A stretch of 64,000 nucleotides of DNA from an uncultured Methanospirillum sp. (GTDB taxonomy: Archaea > Halobacteriota > Methanomicrobia > Methanomicrobiales > Methanospirillaceae), in assembly GCA_964637135.1 (NCBI GenBank), contig CAZWTX010000009.1, positions 1-64,000 on the forward strand, written 5' to 3'. Position numbers and translations under genes: made by a program. The notes under the pieces were generated by a model that saw only the letters and a program-made list of their open reading frames with translations, did no database searches and had not been told where the DNA came from. This document shows positions 1 through 10,491 of this stretch, piece by piece; the stretch's first letter is position 1; every line of letters begins with the position of its first letter.

Positions 1-599
1 ATCGCCTTTTCGAGCTGCTCGTTGAGAAAATACAATTTATCCTGAGCTTTTTCAAGCTCGGAATTTTTTTTAACGGCGGTTTCGTATGTCGAGAGAAGAA
101 TATTCAGCACCTGCTTTCTGCTCGCATATATGGTGTGTGAACCATCGCAGGCCATGACTGATATCGCTCCCGTTTCGGGGGGACAGGGAAAAGAAGAATT
201 GCCATGGAGCGTGCGTTCGATCCGGTTTATCACACAATCCGGTTCAAACGGCTTGATGATGAAATTATCTGCGCCCGCTTCGAGACCCTTCATCACATCA
301 ACCGGATCACAGAGCTGTGTTACGAGGATAACCGGAATGTGGGATGTCCCGGGATTTTTCTTAATCCACCGGCACAACGCATACCCATCCATTTCAGGCA
401 TGATGATATCAGTCAGAACCAGGGAGGGAGGATACCTCCCGATAGCCTGAATCGCATCTTTGCCATCTGATGCGATAGAGACCTCATAATCTGCCCGTTC
501 AAGGATTTTTTTCAGGTACTCTGCCTGTGTACGGTTATCCTCAACGATGAGGAGGGGGTGAGCATGAGCCCTCTGGGTATTCGCAGCATCACAGTCCAT
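1..599 (-). CDS. Response regulator receiver-domain protein (probably a hybrid output protein), truncated by the window edge
   Basis: Not in the ORF track; translated by hand from ATG at 599: MDCDAANTQRAHAHPLLIVEDN...LVLTDIIMPEMDGYALC...IPVILVT...GADNFIIKPF (REC motifs), then a coiled coil LNILLSTYETAVKKNSELEKAQ. Confidence 0.9.
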   Translation of the reverse strand, partial: MDCDAANTQRAHAHPLLIVEDNRTQAEYLKKILERADYEVSIASDGKDAIQAIGRYPPSLVLTDIIMPEMDGYALCRWIKKNPGTSHIPVILVTQLCDPVDVMKGLEAGADNFIIKPFEPDCVINRIERTLHGNSSFPCPPETGAISVMACDGSHTIYASRKQVLNILLSTYETAVKKNSELEKAQDKLYFLNEQLEKA

Positions 600-648
600 T
601 ATAAGAATGTAACCGGATTATCTGGCCGCAACATCCTGCATACCGGGT

Positions 649-2994
649 TTATGACAGGAGGTTGCGCACCACACGGAGTAAGGAACTTTTCTCATAACTA
701 CTTTTAATAATGTATGCATTTGCACCAACGTTTCTGCCATGTTCGCGATCTTCAGGTGAATCAAGGGCGGTGACCAGAACCACCGGCAGGCTGCGGAGAT
801 GATCATCCTCGCGGATCCGGGTTGTCAGGGTGAACCCGCTCATCCGGGGCATATCCACGTCAGACACGACGAGGTGGACAGATACCGCCCTCAGGATGGC
901 TAGCGCTTCGACACCGTCGGCTGCCGACTCAACCGTGTAACCGGCCTGTTCGAGCGTACGCTTGATCAGGGTCCGGGACGTGACCGAATCATCGGCTACC
1001 AGGATTCGTTTCTTCCCGGCGGTATTCTCGGGAAGGGTCATTTCGGGGAGGTATCCGTACAGGGCTCCCTGAATCAGTTCTATCGGATCAAGGACAAGGG
1101 CTACCTTCCCGTCGGAAAGAATAACCGCCCCGGTGATCTTCTTGACCCGTTTCAGTTGGATCCCGAGCGACCGGACGACAATCTCCTGGACGCGAATGAT
1201 CTCGTCGATGATACAGGCGATCTGTCCGGCTCCATACGCAAGAATGATCACCGGGACCGGTTCACCGGTATCGCCGAGAGGACGATCATCCCTGATCCCA
1301 AGGGCACTCGTCAGCCGTATTGCCTCAATCCGGTCATTGTCATATGTGATCCACCACCCATCCTCCGTCTGCTCGATCAGTTCGGGCATTACCCTGATAA
1401 CCTGCCGGATCTGCTGAACCGGGAAAACATACAGGGACCCGGCCGACTGGACAAGGAGACCTTTTAACGTTGCCATCCGGAGCGGAAGGATGAGAGAAAA
1501 CCGGGTTCCGACTCCTTTTTTCGATGAGACCCGGATCTCCCCGCCAAGACGGGTCACCGTGTCCTCGACAATGGCAAGTCCGAGACCGCGTCCGGAGAGA
1601 TCCGTGATGACCGGACTCGTAGAGAGTCCTGATTTGAAGATCATCCAGATGATCTCCTCATCGGTGATATGTTCCTGCTCGCCAGGAGAGATCAGTCCTT
1701 TTTCGATGACAGTTGCCCTGACCCGGGAGTAATCAATCCCCCCTCCGTCATCCATGATCTCTATCGCTACCTTGCTTCCGGAATGAGGGGTGATTTTTAT
1801 GCTGATCGTGCCACGGGGAGGTTTGTTCCGGTCTTTCCTCAGATCGGGATATTCTATCCCGTGGTCAATACTGTTGTGGAGGAGATGGATCAGAGGGACA
1901 CGGATGACTTCGAGGATTCTCCGGTCCATCTCAAGGTCACCCCCTTCAACCGTCAGTTCTGCAAGTTTTCCAAGGCTCCGGGCATTTTCCTTCACGTGGG
2001 TTGAGAAGGAAGATATCATGCCAGAGACCGGAACGAGAACGGCATCATGGATCAGGCCGGATATCTCCATGCTGCTTGATTCAAGGGCAAGCCGGTCTAC
2101 TTCAGTGGCCCTGATATGGGTTGCGAGGTCATGCTGGAGATTCGTGACAAATTCACGATCATACTTGAGAAAATCAACAATTCTCTCAAGTAACATAAGT
2201 ATTTCAGGAGGAAGTGCACTCTTTTCAGTGCCTGACAGCACCTCCCGAATCAGGTGAAGATCATTGAACACAAGGGAATGGTTCCATCTCCACAGGGAGA
2301 ACCGGTTCAGAATTTCTTCAAGCTCCTGCATCCGCTGGGATATGAACAGCCGGGTGGAGAGCAGATCCTCTGATTCGGTGATCAGACGGTCAAGTTTGTG
2401 GGCAGAAATACGGACGGTATTCCGATCTTTCTGGTTCCTGTCAGACACATCCCCGGCCGGGTACGCTACATCCAGGTCAGGTTCATACCTGCCGCCGGTG
2501 GTATCCGGGGATACCCTCCCCGCCGGTGACGCCTGCTCCCTGCCGTTCATGGACGGTACCGGAACGCCCGGGTCAATCAGTCCGGATGGGGCGCCAGAAT
2601 CGCTGATATACAATTCACGCAGCCGAAGGGCTATCTCTCCCGGACTTATCTCCCCGGCAGGATGTTCCGAGAGGATATCCCTGATAACCGCGATAGCAGT
2701 GTGAAAGAGATCATATGCCGGTGCATCCGGCTCGAATGCACCTTTCTTCATCAGGGAAAAGACATTTTCCAGGTTCAGGCACACCGTCTCGATCTCACGG
2801 AACCTTACCGCTCGTGCCGCTCCTTTGAGGCTGTGAGTCTGCCTGAATACATTCTCAACGATTTCAGGACAGAGGACACTGCCACCCTCCTCAAGTTTCA
2901 GGAGTCCGCCGGCAATCTCAGTCAGTAAATCCTCGGCATCCTCCCTGAACGTGGCGAGAAGACTCTCAAAAAACTCATCATCAGGGGTTGACAT
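649..2994 (-). CDS. cheA: Hybrid chemosensory histidine kinase CheA (Hpt-HATPase-CheW-REC)
   Basis: Hpt FRQTHSLKGAA; HLLHNSIDHGIE, DDGGGID and SGRGLGL boxes; CheW domain; C-terminal REC (VADDS, SDVDMPRMSG). Confidence 0.95.
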   Translation of the reverse strand: MSTPDDEFFESLLATFREDAEDLLTEIAGGLLKLEEGGSVLCPEIVENVFRQTHSLKGAARAVRFREIETVCLNLENVFSLMKKGAFEPDAPAYDLFHTAIAVIRDILSEHPAGEISPGEIALRLRELYISDSGAPSGLIDPGVPVPSMNGREQASPAGRVSPDTTGGRYEPDLDVAYPAGDVSDRNQKDRNTVRISAHKLDRLITESEDLLSTRLFISQRMQELEEILNRFSLWRWNHSLVFNDLHLIREVLSGTEKSALPPEILMLLERIVDFLKYDREFVTNLQHDLATHIRATEVDRLALESSSMEISGLIHDAVLVPVSGMISSFSTHVKENARSLGKLAELTVEGGDLEMDRRILEVIRVPLIHLLHNSIDHGIEYPDLRKDRNKPPRGTISIKITPHSGSKVAIEIMDDGGGIDYSRVRATVIEKGLISPGEQEHITDEEIIWMIFKSGLSTSPVITDLSGRGLGLAIVEDTVTRLGGEIRVSSKKGVGTRFSLILPLRMATLKGLLVQSAGSLYVFPVQQIRQVIRVMPELIEQTEDGWWITYDNDRIEAIRLTSALGIRDDRPLGDTGEPVPVIILAYGAGQIACIIDEIIRVQEIVVRSLGIQLKRVKKITGAVILSDGKVALVLDPIELIQGALYGYLPEMTLPENTAGKKRILVADDSVTSRTLIKRTLEQAGYTVESAADGVEALAILRAVSVHLVVSDVDMPRMSGFTLTTRIREDDHLRSLPVVLVTALDSPEDREHGRNVGANAYIIKSSYEKSSLLRVVRNLLS

Positions 2995-2998
2995 GGCC

Positions 2999-5383
2999 CT
3001 ATACGCGGTACTGTTCTGTTATCTTCTTCAGCCTGACACCGAGAGCGTGGAGATCTTCGGCAGTTTTCTCAGCTTTACGGGTAGTCTCAAGGTTTTTCTG
3101 CGTGGCGTCGCGTATATTCTCCATCGCCAGGGATATCTGGTCCATCCCGGAGACCTGCTCATGGATAGAGGAAGTAATCTCAATCGCAGCATGGGAAGAG
3201 TCTTCGATTGACCGTGCCAGCACCTTGATTGCCTCACGGGCATTACTGGTAAGCCTTACCGCATCTGCGACGGTATTCGTTCCTTTTTCCGTAGAACTCA
3301 CCGCAGAGGAGACGCCCCGCTGGATATCCATCAGGAGCATCCTGATATTCGAGGTGGCCTGTTTGGACTGCTGGGCGAGGTTATGAATCTCGTTTGCTAC
3401 CACGGCAAATCCTTTTCCGAAATCACCGGCCTTTGCTGCCTCGATGGAGGCATTCACTGCAAGGAGGTTTGACTGTTCGGAGATATCAGTCACGGTGGCA
3501 ATGATCTCCCCGATGGCCTGACTCTGTTCTGAGAGTTTAACAACGTTCATGCCGATGAGATCCATCTGTCTCTGGATATGGTGCATCCCGTCAAGAATCT
3601 CCTGGACGGATTTCTGACCGTCTTCAGATACCTCGATGGCCTTCATCGCCTTTTCAGAAACCGCCTTTGTCTTAAGGTTGACAATGTCCGTCTTTTTCCT
3701 GACATCCTCGACCGTATCCCTCGTATCGTTGACCACTACGGCCGTTTCAGAACTGGCAGAGGATAACTTGGTCGTGACCGTGAGGATCTCGGTGGACGCT
3801 GAAGAGAGAACCGAAACTCCTTCATACAACTCTTCAGTGATGAGTTTCATCAGCCGGGACAGTTCGATCCCGATGGTGTTCAGGGCATCGCGGTATGCCA
3901 CGAACTCGCCGTCAACCGGTATATTCTCGTCAAACCGGGCGGTAAAATCACCTGCAGCATAGTACCGGGCAAGCCGCATCGCTTCGTTCATCGGCACCGT
4001 GATCGTCTCAAGAGTCTTGTTAAAGCCGGCAATGATCATCCGGTACCCGCCATGGAAGGCTGTTTCGTTTCCCCGAACCGAGAGATCGCCGGTTCTCGCT
4101 GCATCGGTGAGCTTGATCGTCTCCTTATGGAGATGGTCAAGCGACTGGACCATCATCTGGAGGGCCGGCCGGATTTCGTCACGATCATCGACCAGCTCGG
4201 AAAAATGCTGAATATACTCACCGTTTGCGATCTTCTTGATGTTGCCCACAACATTGATCTGCAGATCGTCTGCAAACTCATCCATCGTCGCGGCCATTGT
4301 TCCGATCTCATCCCCCCGGTAGATATTAAGCCGGGCAGAGAGGTGGCCGTGTCTGAGCTCCTTGATCATGACCACCACCTGCTGAAGCGGGCCGGCGATG
4401 GATTGGCCAAATATGATGGCTATTACGGAGCCAATCACGATTGAACCGATCACGAGTGCGAAGATGGTATTGCGGAGGGTGTCTATCGGGCCGGTAAAAT
4501 CAGAAACATCTGCACGGGATACGATGTACCAGTCAAGCGGTTCGTAATAGGTGTATGCATCAATGACGTTTGTTCCGTCTGCCACGTGGGGGATGGAGCC
4601 TTCCTTGTTCTCGAACATCTCCTGGACAAATGGCTGGTCACTCCAGTTTTCTCCGTTTGCAGTCGGGTGAACCAGGACATTCCCGCTTCCGTCGATGACA
4701 TACATGTACCCGTGCTTTCCGACAACCGTCTCCTTGATACTATTCTTTACGACATCAAGGGTCTCCTGTTCCTCGGTCCCGACAAAGAGTACGCCGATTA
4801 TCTTTCCGTTCGGATCCTTGATCGGTTCATATGCGGTCACATAGCTCTTCCCGAAGAGATCCCGCTTGCCGTAATACGTCACCCCCTGTTCTACTGCGAC
4901 CTCGTAGACATTATCCGTCAGATGGGTACCGACTGCCCGCTGCCCGTCGGTTCCGATCACATTTGTCGATATCCGAACGGCATAGCTGTTATTGAACACC
5001 TGAAAAACCGTGGCAGCTCCGCCGACGAGGGTCTGCACCTCATCGACGATGAGAAAATTATCATTGACCGTATACTGGCTCCCGTCAGGGCCGGTCAGGA
5101 CCATTTTGTCTTTTACGATGGAAGGATCGCCTTTTGAGTAAAATATTTTTTTCAGGACATTCAGGTCGCTGTTTACCTTGTTCCGGGTCAGCTTGTAGAC
5201 ATCGTTGGTCCACCCCTTCATGTCCTTTACCTGGGTTTCAAGGAGGATGTCGATCTGTTCGTTGATGACGCTGCTAGAACTGGTATATGCCACCAGGCCG
5301 AGCATGAGCGTTGGGATGATTGCGAGAAAGAGACAGATGACGAGAATCTTGGTCCCGACTTTCATATTTGAAAAGACTGACAT
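2999..5383 (-). CDS. Membrane methyl-accepting chemotaxis protein (Cache sensor, HAMP domains)
   Basis: Two TM segments, Cache-like extracellular region, signalling hairpin [30 protein letters not shown]; start placed at MSVFSNMK (track start 5407). Confidence 0.92.
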   Translation of the reverse strand: MSVFSNMKVGTKILVICLFLAIIPTLMLGLVAYTSSSSVINEQIDILLETQVKDMKGWTNDVYKLTRNKVNSDLNVLKKIFYSKGDPSIVKDKMVLTGPDGSQYTVNDNFLIVDEVQTLVGGAATVFQVFNNSYAVRISTNVIGTDGQRAVGTHLTDNVYEVAVEQGVTYYGKRDLFGKSYVTAYEPIKDPNGKIIGVLFVGTEEQETLDVVKNSIKETVVGKHGYMYVIDGSGNVLVHPTANGENWSDQPFVQEMFENKEGSIPHVADGTNVIDAYTYYEPLDWYIVSRADVSDFTGPIDTLRNTIFALVIGSIVIGSVIAIIFGQSIAGPLQQVVVMIKELRHGHLSARLNIYRGDEIGTMAATMDEFADDLQINVVGNIKKIANGEYIQHFSELVDDRDEIRPALQMMVQSLDHLHKETIKLTDAARTGDLSVRGNETAFHGGYRMIIAGFNKTLETITVPMNEAMRLARYYAAGDFTARFDENIPVDGEFVAYRDALNTIGIELSRLMKLITEELYEGVSVLSSASTEILTVTTKLSSASSETAVVVNDTRDTVEDVRKKTDIVNLKTKAVSEKAMKAIEVSEDGQKSVQEILDGMHHIQRQMDLIGMNVVKLSEQSQAIGEIIATVTDISEQSNLLAVNASIEAAKAGDFGKGFAVVANEIHNLAQQSKQATSNIRMLLMDIQRGVSSAVSSTEKGTNTVADAVRLTSNAREAIKVLARSIEDSSHAAIEITSSIHEQVSGMDQISLAMENIRDATQKNLETTRKAEKTAEDLHALGVRLKKITEQYRV

Positions 5384-5463
5384 ACCGGTATCCCCTTGTA
5401 TACACACTCAGGATTGCTGCTCCATGGTACGGGTTCTGAGTGGCAGATATTGCATAGCAACGC

Positions 5464-6486
5464 TCATAAAATATCTGATACGGTAAAATCCTGTCCCATG
5501 CTCTCTTCGGTATCCTGTATGATCATACCCGGATCAGAAAGCAGGATTTCCGCATTGATCAGCTGAAATGATTCATCTGTAACCGGCAGGAGAAACCGGG
5601 ACCCGCCGTGGATGTCTCCGGGGGATCCAATCTGGTCCGGACTGATCTGCCAAACCTCGCTGATCTGGTCAGCCAGGATGCCAAAGGTAACTGTGTTATT
5701 CGATATCACGATTACCTGGTTGAAATCAGTCAGTCCAGTTCCGGAGAGCTGAAGCAGTTCGCGCAGGTCCACGAGGGAGATGATTTCACCCCTGACCGGG
5801 CAGATCCCTGCGATGAAATCCGGGGTTCCCGGAACCGGGGTGATTTCCCGGGTCAGGATGACTTCCCGGATAAACCGCATCTCGATCGCATATTTCTGGT
5901 ACTGCAGGGAGAACCTCAGCACCGGAATGCGTGCCGGCTCTTCGTGAGCATCCGCCAGGATGGAGAGATCCTCGGCCCGGTTGATGAGTTGGGATGCAAC
6001 CGGGTCCGATGCTGCCGGGTGAGCGAGTACTTCCTCAGGCTGCACGATCCCGCCTGCTGACAGATCCTGGGACGCAAGCAGACGTTCAAGATCCTCGATA
6101 ATTAGGAATCCGTCATCGGAGATGATCATCCCCGGGGGGGTGAGCGGGGCCTGGGCCGGTTGGTCATCAGGATCGGGTTCGGGGGGGAAAAGGCTGATGT
6201 CATCGACCCAGAGGGCGATATCCCCCCGCTCTGACCGGGCAATAATCAGGTTGTCATCCGGCCGGGGGGCCTGCCATATACCCCCAAGGATCGATCCCAA
6301 CGGGTAGACGGGTATAGGGGTTCCATGAAAATTAATCGTCCAGAACGGTCGGGAGCCATCGTCAGGAGGGATCATGGCAACCATGCGGATCATGCAGACC
6401 GCTTTCTGAAAGGGGAGAGCTCCCGTTATCCCGTTCACCCTGAAATACAAGAAATTGTGCATGATTTCCCCGTGAGTATCATGCAT
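5464..6486 (-). CDS. cheW: Tandem CheW-CheW protein
   Basis: C-terminal CheW (ITPVPGTPDFIAGICPVRGEIISLVDL) plus a degenerate N-terminal CheW (INFHGTPIPVYPL...IALWVDDI). Confidence 0.8.
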   Translation of the reverse strand: MHDTHGEIMHNFLYFRVNGITGALPFQKAVCMIRMVAMIPPDDGSRPFWTINFHGTPIPVYPLGSILGGIWQAPRPDDNLIIARSERGDIALWVDDISLFPPEPDPDDQPAQAPLTPPGMIISDDGFLIIEDLERLLASQDLSAGGIVQPEEVLAHPAASDPVASQLINRAEDLSILADAHEEPARIPVLRFSLQYQKYAIEMRFIREVILTREITPVPGTPDFIAGICPVRGEIISLVDLRELLQLSGTGLTDFNQVIVISNNTVTFGILADQISEVWQISPDQIGSPGDIHGGSRFLLPVTDESFQLINAEILLSDPGMIIQDTEESMGQDFTVSDIL

Positions 6487-6540
6487 TAGGTCGTGATCAG
6501 GTATAAGATACCGGGATCCATGGGGACAAAGATTTCCAGA

Positions 6541-6810
6541 TTACACGGCGATACCGGTGCCGATGAGCGCCAGCTGGAGGATTATCAGGAGCGGGATGGC
6601 AATGGTAAAGAGGTTTTTTTGTGTCTTATGCCTGAATATCTGCATTCCGGCATACGCTCCGAACGGTCCGGCAATGGAGATGAGGAGGAGGTTTTTTTCC
6701 GAAATCCGCCAGAGACCTGCTTTCGCCTGCTGCTTATCGTACCCGAACATCAGAAACGAAGAGAGGTTGAGAAGCAGAATCGCGGGGAGGAGGAAACCGG
6801 CAGGGATCAT
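6541..6810 (-). CDS. DUF1294 family membrane protein
   Basis: FGYDKQQAKAGLWRISEKNLL...FRHKTQK motif. Confidence 0.85.
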   Translation of the reverse strand: MIPAGFLLPAILLLNLSSFLMFGYDKQQAKAGLWRISEKNLLLISIAGPFGAYAGMQIFRHKTQKNLFTIAIPLLIILQLALIGTGIAV

Positions 6811-6894
6811 GTTCCCAGTTGTGGGAACGGGGAGTATATGCCGGTTATGCAGGTCAGTTGTGCATGCCGGTGAGATTCCCTTGTCCGGTCCAGA

Positions 6895-8013
6895 TCAGAT
6901 CCTGCAGGCTGACTGGAACCGTGAACGGATCGCTTCGGGAGAGAGAGGAATATTCGGGGCAGGTGAATTTCCCGGCTTTAATACGACGTGAATGAACCAC
7001 GGTCCCTCCTCCTGGGTCTGTCCGAGCGCCCGTTCCAGTTCATCCGGGGTGTGAACCTTCACCGTCCGGGATATCCCGGATGCCTGTGCCAGAAGTTCGA
7101 GGTCCACCCCGGCATACGCCGGCGAGCACTGGTTGCCGGTGCTCCCGTATACCCCGTTATCAAGCCCGATGATCACGAGGTTTTCAGGACAGACCTGTGA
7201 CACGGTCGCAAGCACGGCGGTTCCAAGCAGGCTTCCATCCCCGTCGAGGACCAGAACCCGTTTTTTTGTTCCGAGGGCGATACCAAGACCGATCGGGGTG
7301 GCCTGCGTGTACGACCCGAGCATATAGAAATTCCCGTCGCGATCAGCAGCAGCGTGGAGTTCTTTAGACGGAACCCCGAGATTGGTAACCACGAGATCAT
7401 CCGAGAGTTGATCCCCGATCACCCGGATGGCATCAGCCCGCTGCATGACCGGTACACGGAATTCCCTCCGGTAATCCAGCCTGACAACCCGTTCCCGGGA
7501 AGCCATGTCCGTTCCTGTCCCATTGGCGGCCCCTTCCCAGACCTTTGGCGAGACAAGAATCACATGCGGACGGGAACGGGCATATGCATCATCAATCGCC
7601 TCACCTATCCGGGCAATCTCATCACTCTCATGAATGATGGTACAGGCCACCTGGTACAATGCAAGAAGTTCAGGAATGTGGCGGTTAAATTGAACCTGTG
7701 CAACGATCTGCTCGTTATAATATCCCCGCCAGCTTGCGAGGATCACAAGGGGAAGCTCATACAGACAGGGAAGGGTCATGAGGGCATTGAGGGAATTTCC
7801 AAGCCCCGAACTCTGCATCTGCAGGATACACCGCGTTCCGGCAAGGGCAAGACCGGAACAGATTCCTATCCCGTCCTCTTCCCGGGAGATGGGAATGTAG
7901 ATAAAATCCTGTTCCAACAGAGCACAGAGATCCTTTGTCCGATCACAGGGAAGAGAGATCACATGGCGGATCCCCGCCGAACGGATAATGTCGGCAACCT
8001 CTCTCTCATGCAT
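6895..8013 (-). CDS. comDE: Sulfopyruvate decarboxylase, fused alpha/beta subunits
   Basis: SREEDGIGICSG and MQSSGLGNSLNAL (ComD); NFYMLGS and TPP motif DGDGSLL...DNG (ComE); adjacent to cysteate synthase. Confidence 0.92.
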   Translation of the reverse strand: MHEREVADIIRSAGIRHVISLPCDRTKDLCALLEQDFIYIPISREEDGIGICSGLALAGTRCILQMQSSGLGNSLNALMTLPCLYELPLVILASWRGYYNEQIVAQVQFNRHIPELLALYQVACTIIHESDEIARIGEAIDDAYARSRPHVILVSPKVWEGAANGTGTDMASRERVVRLDYRREFRVPVMQRADAIRVIGDQLSDDLVVTNLGVPSKELHAAADRDGNFYMLGSYTQATPIGLGIALGTKKRVLVLDGDGSLLGTAVLATVSQVCPENLVIIGLDNGVYGSTGNQCSPAYAGVDLELLAQASGISRTVKVHTPDELERALGQTQEEGPWFIHVVLKPGNSPAPNIPLSPEAIRSRFQSACRI

Positions 8014-9274
8014 ACCGGCTCACCCATCCAGTGACCAGAACAATCACTTCTGATTCAGAATAATCCTTTTCAAGGACGATATCAGGTTTTTTCACGATAC
8101 GATCCCGCACCAGGCGATATCCTCCGCCGGTAATACTTAACAGGACACAGTCATCTCTCATAATCGTTCCTTCATGCACGGCGTTGATTAATCCAGCCAC
8201 AGCAACGGCAGCTGCCGGATCAGGATCAATCCCTTCTGTCTCTTCGATGAGAGCGGATGCCCTGATAGCATCTGTTGTTGTCGCACTGCCCATCCGGCCA
8301 TGGGTAGCCTCAAGGGCATCGGCGACTCCTCCTGCTACCGCATACGGGGGAGAACGGTTGGTCAGGACATCGGCAAAAACAGCCGTGATCGAGCGTTCCG
8401 GATCAGGCATGTCTTCGTCAGGGATGAGAGTATGCCTCCCCTGCTGCCAGGCATTGACCATCGGAATGAACGGCTGATTCTGGACGAGGTACAGCCGGGG
8501 GAGGGTGTTGCCCCACCTACCATCGGCACAGAGACGAATCCCTGCTTCCCAGGCCGCTATCCCCCCAGTGCCACTTCCGACTCCTTGGACATACCAGTCA
8601 GGGATCCGCCCGATTGTTCGTGTTCCTTCAAGGACCACGACTCCCATTCCGTCTCTCCGGGCGATATTTTTTGCCCCGCCTTCGGAGACCACCCCGGGGA
8701 TGGTCGAGAGAAGCGAGCCCAGATGGATTGCATCCGTATAATCACCATCCACCGTGACCAGAAGGAGCTGTTCTGCCGGCCGGGTGGTACTGATCCGGGA
8801 TTGTGCTCCTGCCGGTACCACGATGATGACCGGCTGGCCGGTCTCAGAAGAGACCTGCGCAAAGGCACGGGCGGTATTCCCAGCCGATGCAACCACGATA
8901 ATCCCGCCACCATGTTCCCTGAGCCGAACCACCGTTGGATAAGCCTCAAATTCCTTAAATGATCCGCTCGTGACGTATGCACCCCGTGCCGGCCAGTACC
9001 CTGAAAAGACGATCCAGAGATTGGTCAGTCCGATTGCCTCCGCAAGACCCACACTCCGGTAACAAACCGGGGCGGCATCGGTGGGCAGTGTTCCTCCGGC
9101 CGGGAGCCAGTCTTTGTACCGGAAGAGGCCGGGTGCATCCCGCACCTGGAGCCGGACGGCATCGTACACTGACCTGAGCAATCCGTTGCATCCGGACGGG
9201 CAGGAGAGAAGATAGTGGTCATCCTCGTATATCCTGCCACAGACCGGGCAGGCGAGCCGGTAATGAGTCGTCAT
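8006..9274 (-). CDS. Cysteate synthase (threonine synthase-like PLP enzyme)
   Basis: N-terminal CPVC..C, SGSFKEFEA PLP lysine, ASAGNTARAFA, EGGAKNIARRDGMG; overlaps comDE. Confidence 0.9.
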   Translation of the reverse strand: MTTHYRLACPVCGRIYEDDHYLLSCPSGCNGLLRSVYDAVRLQVRDAPGLFRYKDWLPAGGTLPTDAAPVCYRSVGLAEAIGLTNLWIVFSGYWPARGAYVTSGSFKEFEAYPTVVRLREHGGGIIVVASAGNTARAFAQVSSETGQPVIIVVPAGAQSRISTTRPAEQLLLVTVDGDYTDAIHLGSLLSTIPGVVSEGGAKNIARRDGMGVVVLEGTRTIGRIPDWYVQGVGSGTGGIAAWEAGIRLCADGRWGNTLPRLYLVQNQPFIPMVNAWQQGRHTLIPDEDMPDPERSITAVFADVLTNRSPPYAVAGGVADALEATHGRMGSATTTDAIRASALIEETEGIDPDPAAAVAVAGLINAVHEGTIMRDDCVLLSITGGGYRLVRDRIVKKPDIVLEKDYSESEVIVLVTGWVSRYA

Positions 9275-10491
9275 CAGATACCCATCTCCTGATAAAAAAT
9301 TTTCTCCCGCATCAGGTCGCAGAGGTGTTCCGCCCTCCGGCGATCTGACTGCCTGAGACGTACCGGAAGCGTCCGGTCACCGACCGGGAGTGAACCGAGT
9401 GTTCCCGTATAACATCCTCCCGGGCATACCGCAATACAGGTACCGCATACAAAACAGGCGTTCTGATCGATGCGCCGGTCATGAATTGCATGAACCGGGC
9501 AGGTCACCGCTGCCCTGCACGGTGAACATTCCAGACAGGATTCTGCCACGTACCGGACTGACCGGGAGGTGGCCTGCCATACCCTGCCATAATGACTCAT
9601 CCCGATCTCCTGCCGGTCAGAGAGATCCACCACTGGAAGCGGGATGTCAGGATCCCGGACGAGGAGTGGGAGAAGAGCGGCTTCATCGAGGACCGGGATC
9701 GCGGTTGCGATACTCGTAATGCATTCCGGTCCGGCAGAGGTTTTAAAGCCCCCGCAGAAGTAAGGATCCATCCCTGACATCTCCCCGTGGACGGCAATAT
9801 TCGGCCGTACCGCACTGCTCCGGGTTCCGGTTCCGATGACAAATCCGGGTCCGCCATTCAGGAGGACCGGCGTTCCCGGCCTGATAAACCGCAGGGAGGG
9901 ATCGTTCTCCAGCGGGTTTATCTCACCGCACCCGGAGACTGTCACCTCTGAGAGGTCTCCGTTCAGGGGGGTTACGGAGAAAATCGTCTCTTTGGCGGTC
10001 CGGGAGGAATTCGTGACGGCGGTATAATTTTTAAACGCACTCCGCGTGGTAAACAGGCGGGCATGAGGAATATCAGAGCCCGGAATAGATGATTCATATG
10101 TTTTCCCTTCGGCAGAGACCGATATCGCTATCTCACGGCCGGCGATGATATCCTGGATCAGGTCTCCTCCCCCGTATTCCCGCGAAGCATGGGCAGTCCC
10201 GTACACGATGAGATCCACGAGGCCAAGCCGCTCGTTTGGACAGGGACCGGGGAGTGCAGGCACCCCGTTCAGGGTGATGGTATCGGCCCGGAGAAAAGTT
10301 CCGGGAGGCGCTACCGGGACGGTCAGGACCGCATATGTTCCCGACATCACCCCGCAGGTACCACAGGTAACGACATCCACACAGCCCCGTACCTCTTCAC
10401 CCTGTTCAACCCGTTTCTTCAGCTCGGCGGCGGTGAGGATGGTTGCCGACCCGTCCGCGATCCGTTTCCTGATCTCGTCAATGGTGTTCAT
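9274..10491 (-). CDS. COG1900-family (methanogenesis marker 16) metalloprotein with C-terminal ferredoxin
   Basis: VDVVTCGTCGVMSGT, GPCPNERLG, SGCGEINPLEND; Cys motifs CLECSPC...CP and CFVCGTCIAVCP. Confidence 0.85.
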   Translation of the reverse strand: MNTIDEIRKRIADGSATILTAAELKKRVEQGEEVRGCVDVVTCGTCGVMSGTYAVLTVPVAPPGTFLRADTITLNGVPALPGPCPNERLGLVDLIVYGTAHASREYGGGDLIQDIIAGREIAISVSAEGKTYESSIPGSDIPHARLFTTRSAFKNYTAVTNSSRTAKETIFSVTPLNGDLSEVTVSGCGEINPLENDPSLRFIRPGTPVLLNGGPGFVIGTGTRSSAVRPNIAVHGEMSGMDPYFCGGFKTSAGPECITSIATAIPVLDEAALLPLLVRDPDIPLPVVDLSDRQEIGMSHYGRVWQATSRSVRYVAESCLECSPCRAAVTCPVHAIHDRRIDQNACFVCGTCIAVCPGGCYTGTLGSLPVGDRTLPVRLRQSDRRRAEHLCDLMREKIFYQEMGI

